A stretch of 51,056 nt of DNA from the NCBI GenBank assembly GCA_043808405.1, contig JAZDEX010000046.1:1-51056 (forward strand), in the 5' to 3' direction. Every line of letters begins with the position of its first letter. Within the stretch, counting starts at the first letter, position 1. The position numbers and the translations under genes are program-made. Origin of the DNA: Candidatus Omnitrophota bacterium. GTDB lineage: Bacteria; Omnitrophota; Gorgyraeia; Gygaellales; Profunditerraquicolaceae. The notes beneath the pieces were generated by a model. That model saw only the letters and a list, made by a program, of their open reading frames with translations, had not been told where the DNA came from and did no database searches. Shown one piece after another: positions 48,331-51,056 of the stretch.

Positions 48331-49116
48331 TCACGAGCCACCCGCAAGATCACTAAAATATTTTAAAGAAAGTTGTTCCGGCCTAATATTGGGATTTATA
48401 TTATTTTCAGCAAAAAATATTTCTAATTTTTCTTTTGAGATAACACCTTCTAAGCTATTACGCAAAGTTTTACGGCGTTGATTGAATGCGGCGCGGATTA
48501 TTTTAAAGAATAAATCCTCGTCGTTAACTTTAACCGATGGCTCGGGCAAAACTTTTAGTTCTAAAAATACTGAATCAACTTTTGGCTTAGGGCGAAAACA
48601 AGAATTACTTATCGTAAATAAAATTTTTGGGTTGCTGTAATATTGCACAAAACAGCTTAATGATCCGTAAATTTTAGGGCCCGGGTTTGCAACAATTCTT
48701 TCCGCAAATTCTTTCTGCACAGTTATAAAAATCGTATCAATTATATTTCTATGCTCTAAAAGCTTCTCAATTATGGGGGTGCTAATGTAATAAGGAATAT
48801 TGCCGATTACTTTAATTTTCTTCTTAGATTCGATATATTTATTTAAATCAACTTTTAGAATATCTTTATTAATTATTTTTATATCTACGCGGCCCTTGAA
48901 ACTATCTTCCAATGTTTGCGCAAGCCTCGAATCTTTTTCAAAAGCATAAAGAGATTTTACCGCGCCAACTAAAAGATTAGTTAGCTCTCCCCTTCCGGGC
49001 CCGATTTCGATAATCGTATCAGATAAGCCTAGCTGGCAGGAGGCAATTATTTTTCTTTGAATGTTTTGATCAATAAGAAAATTCTGGCCTAAGGCTTTTA
49101 TCGGTTTTGGGCGCAT
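48331..49116 (-). CDS. rsmA: 16S rRNA (adenine1518/1519-N6)-dimethyltransferase
   Basis: LGQNFL and EIGPGRGELT motifs. Confidence 0.9.
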   Translation of the reverse strand: MRPKPIKALGQNFLIDQNIQRKIIASCQLGLSDTIIEIGPGRGELTNLLVGAVKSLYAFEKDSRLAQTLEDSFKGRVDIKIINKDILKVDLNKYIESKKKIKVIGNIPYYISTPIIEKLLEHRNIIDTIFITVQKEFAERIVANPGPKIYGSLSCFVQYYSNPKILFTISNSCFRPKPKVDSVFLELKVLPEPSVKVNDEDLFFKIIRAAFNQRRKTLRNSLEGVISKEKLEIFFAENNINPNIRPEQLSLKYFSDLAGGS

Positions 49117-50078
49117 TGGACAGCGAGCTTAACAGCAGAAATAAATGAATTGGGGCAGGCAATGTTTTTTCCGGCAATATCAAAAGCTGTGCCGTGCAAA
49201 GGTGAGGTTCGCACAAAAGCTAACCCAAGGGTTAAATTAACCCCTGTTTCTTTAGAAGTAAGTTTAAGCGGTATAAGAGCCTGATCGTGATACATAGCAA
49301 GGACAGCGTCAAATTTACCCTCATAAGCCTGGGCAATAGCTATATCAGCTGGAATTGGGCCATGGCAATAGTTTAACTTTTTAATTATAGGCGCAATAAT
49401 TTTTCCTTCTTCATCTCCGATAATTCCATTATCCGAAGCATGCGGATTTAACCCGCAAACAACAATCTTCGGGTTTTTAATCCCAAAAAGCTTCTTTAAT
49501 CCCTGATAGGTTAACTCGAGGGCCTTCTTTAACTTATTAGTATTAATCTCACTGCTTACCTTATATATAGGTATATGCTGAGTTATTAGGCTAAATTTAA
49601 GCTTATTATTTAAAAGCATCATCACAAAATCTTTTGTCCGTGTCTTATTAGCCAAGTATTCTGTATGCCCGCTAAATTTTAATCCTGACAGGTTCACTGC
49701 TTCTTTTGAAACTGGACAGGTCACTAAACAATCTATTTCTTTATTTTTTAATAACTCTAGCGCCTTATCTAAATATTCTATTGAAGCTTTCCCATATTCC
49801 GCACGAACCTGGCCAAACTTGAATTTTTTATGATCTATGTTACGTATATCTACGAATTTCCAGTCTGTGGCCTGTAGTCTGTGGTCTACGGTCTGTGGTC
49901 TACGGTCTGTGGTCTGACCGAACACCCATTTATCACCAATTATCGTGAATTGAGCTAGATTTCTTATTTGTGGAAGCGCCCTGAAGATGATTTCCGGCCC
50001 GATACCCGATGGATCGCCCATCGTAATGCCGACCTTAACTCTGGAGGTGTTTAATATAGGACTTCTTTTTGATATCAT
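49098..50078 (-). CDS. pdxA: 4-hydroxythreonine-4-phosphate dehydrogenase, carrying an in-frame heptamer array
   Basis: GDPSGIGPEI, GHTEYL and RTSPLHGTAFDIAG motifs. Confidence 0.9.
   Translation of the reverse strand: MISKRSPILNTSRVKVGITMGDPSGIGPEIIFRALPQIRNLAQFTIIGDKWVFGQTTDRRPQTVDHRLQATDWKFVDIRNIDHKKFKFGQVRAEYGKASIEYLDKALELLKNKEIDCLVTCPVSKEAVNLSGLKFSGHTEYLANKTRTKDFVMMLLNNKLKFSLITQHIPIYKVSSEINTNKLKKALELTYQGLKKLFGIKNPKIVVCGLNPHASDNGIIGDEEGKIIAPIIKKLNYCHGPIPADIAIAQAYEGKFDAVLAMYHDQALIPLKLTSKETGVNLTLGLAFVRTSPLHGTAFDIAGKNIACPNSFISAVKLAVQCAQNR
49861..49917. repeat. Family E heptamer array (GGTCTRY, 8 units) inside pdxA
   Basis: cagtctg tggcctg tagtctg tggtcta cggtctg tggtcta cggtctg tggtctg. 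Confidence 0.85.
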
Positions 50079-50826
50079 CTATCCATTTGCCTAAACTTTC
50101 TTGCATCTTCATTTCGAATAAATATTTATATATAGTATCCTGTGCTTGGGCTAAAGTCTGCTGACTCGCCGGAACAGTTAGAAATAATTTAAATACATAG
50201 TAAGAATTATCGATTTTAATTGGCTGTGATACTTCTTTAGCTTCAAGAGCGGATAAAACCTCTTCTACGTCCTGCCTAAATTCTCCACCCTTGGTGAAGG
50301 TAAGCCGGTTTACCGTAAGTTCATATTTTTTAGCCGCATCAGTTACAGATGTACCGGACTTTAAACTTGATGCTACAGCATTAGCGGTTATTTGATCTGG
50401 CGCAACAACAGACTCAAATTCTTTCTCCTCGGGGCTCTTAAACTGAGACTTATTCCCCTCGTAAAAGGCAGTTACTTCGGTAGGTGTAACTTTTATTTTA
50501 CTTCGGACTTTAAATTCAATAATATAATACATCAAAAGCTGCTCAGTCATTTTTTTCTCTAAATCCGCTTCAGTTAGGCCTTGCTGTGATAAGGTTTTCT
50601 GAAAATCAGCCTCACTGGGGTACTTTTTTCTAATTTCATTTTTTCTTGATTGGATCCTGCTTTTATCAATCTCAAGCTTTTCGGCCTTAGCTTCCTGCAG
50701 GATCAATTTATCCTCTATTAACCTATCCAGTAAATTTAAGCGCATTTCCTGAATTTTTGTTTCTAATTCTTTGCCGCTATAATCCGCGGACAGCTGCACG
50801 CGCGTAAAATTAATAAAATCATTCAA
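50035..50826 (-). CDS. surA: SurA-like periplasmic chaperone / parvulin-like protein, apparently N-terminally truncated
   Basis: SurA N-domain-like sequence in surA-pdxA-rsmA order. Only a TTG start is available. SurA-like sequence (EDKIIAIVNNDIITQKDL) continues in frame upstream into the repeat, with no start codon and no signal peptide. Confidence 0.6.
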   Translation of the reverse strand: MNDFINFTRVQLSADYSGKELETKIQEMRLNLLDRLIEDKLILQEAKAEKLEIDKSRIQSRKNEIRKKYPSEADFQKTLSQQGLTEADLEKKMTEQLLMYYIIEFKVRSKIKVTPTEVTAFYEGNKSQFKSPEEKEFESVVAPDQITANAVASSLKSGTSVTDAAKKYELTVNRLTFTKGGEFRQDVEEVLSALEAKEVSQPIKIDNSYYVFKLFLTVPASQQTLAQAQDTIYKYLFEMKMQESLGKWIDDIKKKSYIKHLQS

Positions 50827-51056
50827 ATCTTTCTGAGTAATAATATCGTTATTAACGATGGCAATAATTTTATCCTCAGCCCAACACGTAGACCGTAGAC
50901 CGTAGACCGTAGACCACAGACTAAGACATCTATTTTGCCGTCTAAAAAATTCACCATGACGCTCTCGAGTTCTTTAGACGGCATCTGGCCATGGCCGATG
51001 CCTATTCTTATGGCCCGAGGCAAAAGCTTAACTAATTTCTCTTTTACTTTTTCAAT
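50823..51056 (-). pseudogene. mfd: mfd (transcription-repair coupling factor) fragment, truncated within the helicase domain
   Basis: IEKVKEKLVKLLPRAIRIGIGHGQMPSKELESVMVNFLDGKIDVLVC matches the Mfd helicase C-lobe up to the usual ...VLV(C/S)TTIIETG. It then reads into heptamer-repeat codons and stops. The 5-prime part lies outside the window. Confidence 0.55.
50887..50926. repeat. Family E heptamer array, inverted relative to 49861-49917
   Basis: cgtagac x4, then cacagac and taagaca. Confidence 0.85.

Noticed and set aside
50823-51023. The 66-aa ORF as an independent small gene
   Set aside because: The frame is open to the window edge and the sequence is the Mfd helicase region. The track's M is a TTG inside that frame.

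Overview
AT-rich bacterial chromosomal segment. Every credible gene is on the minus strand, and all plus-strand ORFs in the track look like antisense shadows. Reading right to left (the direction of transcription): a truncated mfd fragment, then surA-like, pdxA and rsmA. Next come tRNA-Thr(GGU), rpmG, tRNA-Trp(CCA), secE-nusG-rplK-rplA-rplJ-rplL-rpoB-rpoC and rpsL-rpsG-fusA-tuf. Then the complete S10/spc/alpha ribosomal block, rpsJ to rplQ, with rpmJ present but no rpmD. After that, a central-metabolism cluster: aspC, leuC-like, pilT, leuD-like, icd, mdh, lpd and a free lipoyl domain. Then a small HTH gene, an HD-GYP phosphodiesterase and three glycolipid/envelope genes (GT28, LpxL-type acyltransferase, GT2). 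Last is a cobalamin-riboswitch-controlled corrinoid salvage / nucleotide-loop operon (cobC-cobU-cobT-cobS-cbiB-cobD). I see no defence island, prophage, CRISPR array or obviously novel multi-gene system; the gene content is housekeeping. The unusual part is non-coding. At least five short-repeat families occupy gene junctions of these highly conserved operons: nested palindromes, TAG- and TAA-containing heptamer arrays, CACTGARR octamer elements with terminal inverted repeats, GGTCTAC heptamers, and one GC-rich palindrome. Several copies read through in frame inside cbiB, cobT and pdxA, or donate C-terminal tails or spurious N-terminal codons to rplW, rplJ, cobT, cobS and rpmG. One heptamer array sits exactly where mfd and surA are both truncated. 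Other oddities are pilT translationally coupled between the two isopropylmalate/homoaconitase-type dehydratase subunits, and an L15 N-terminal extension that may be a decayed L30.
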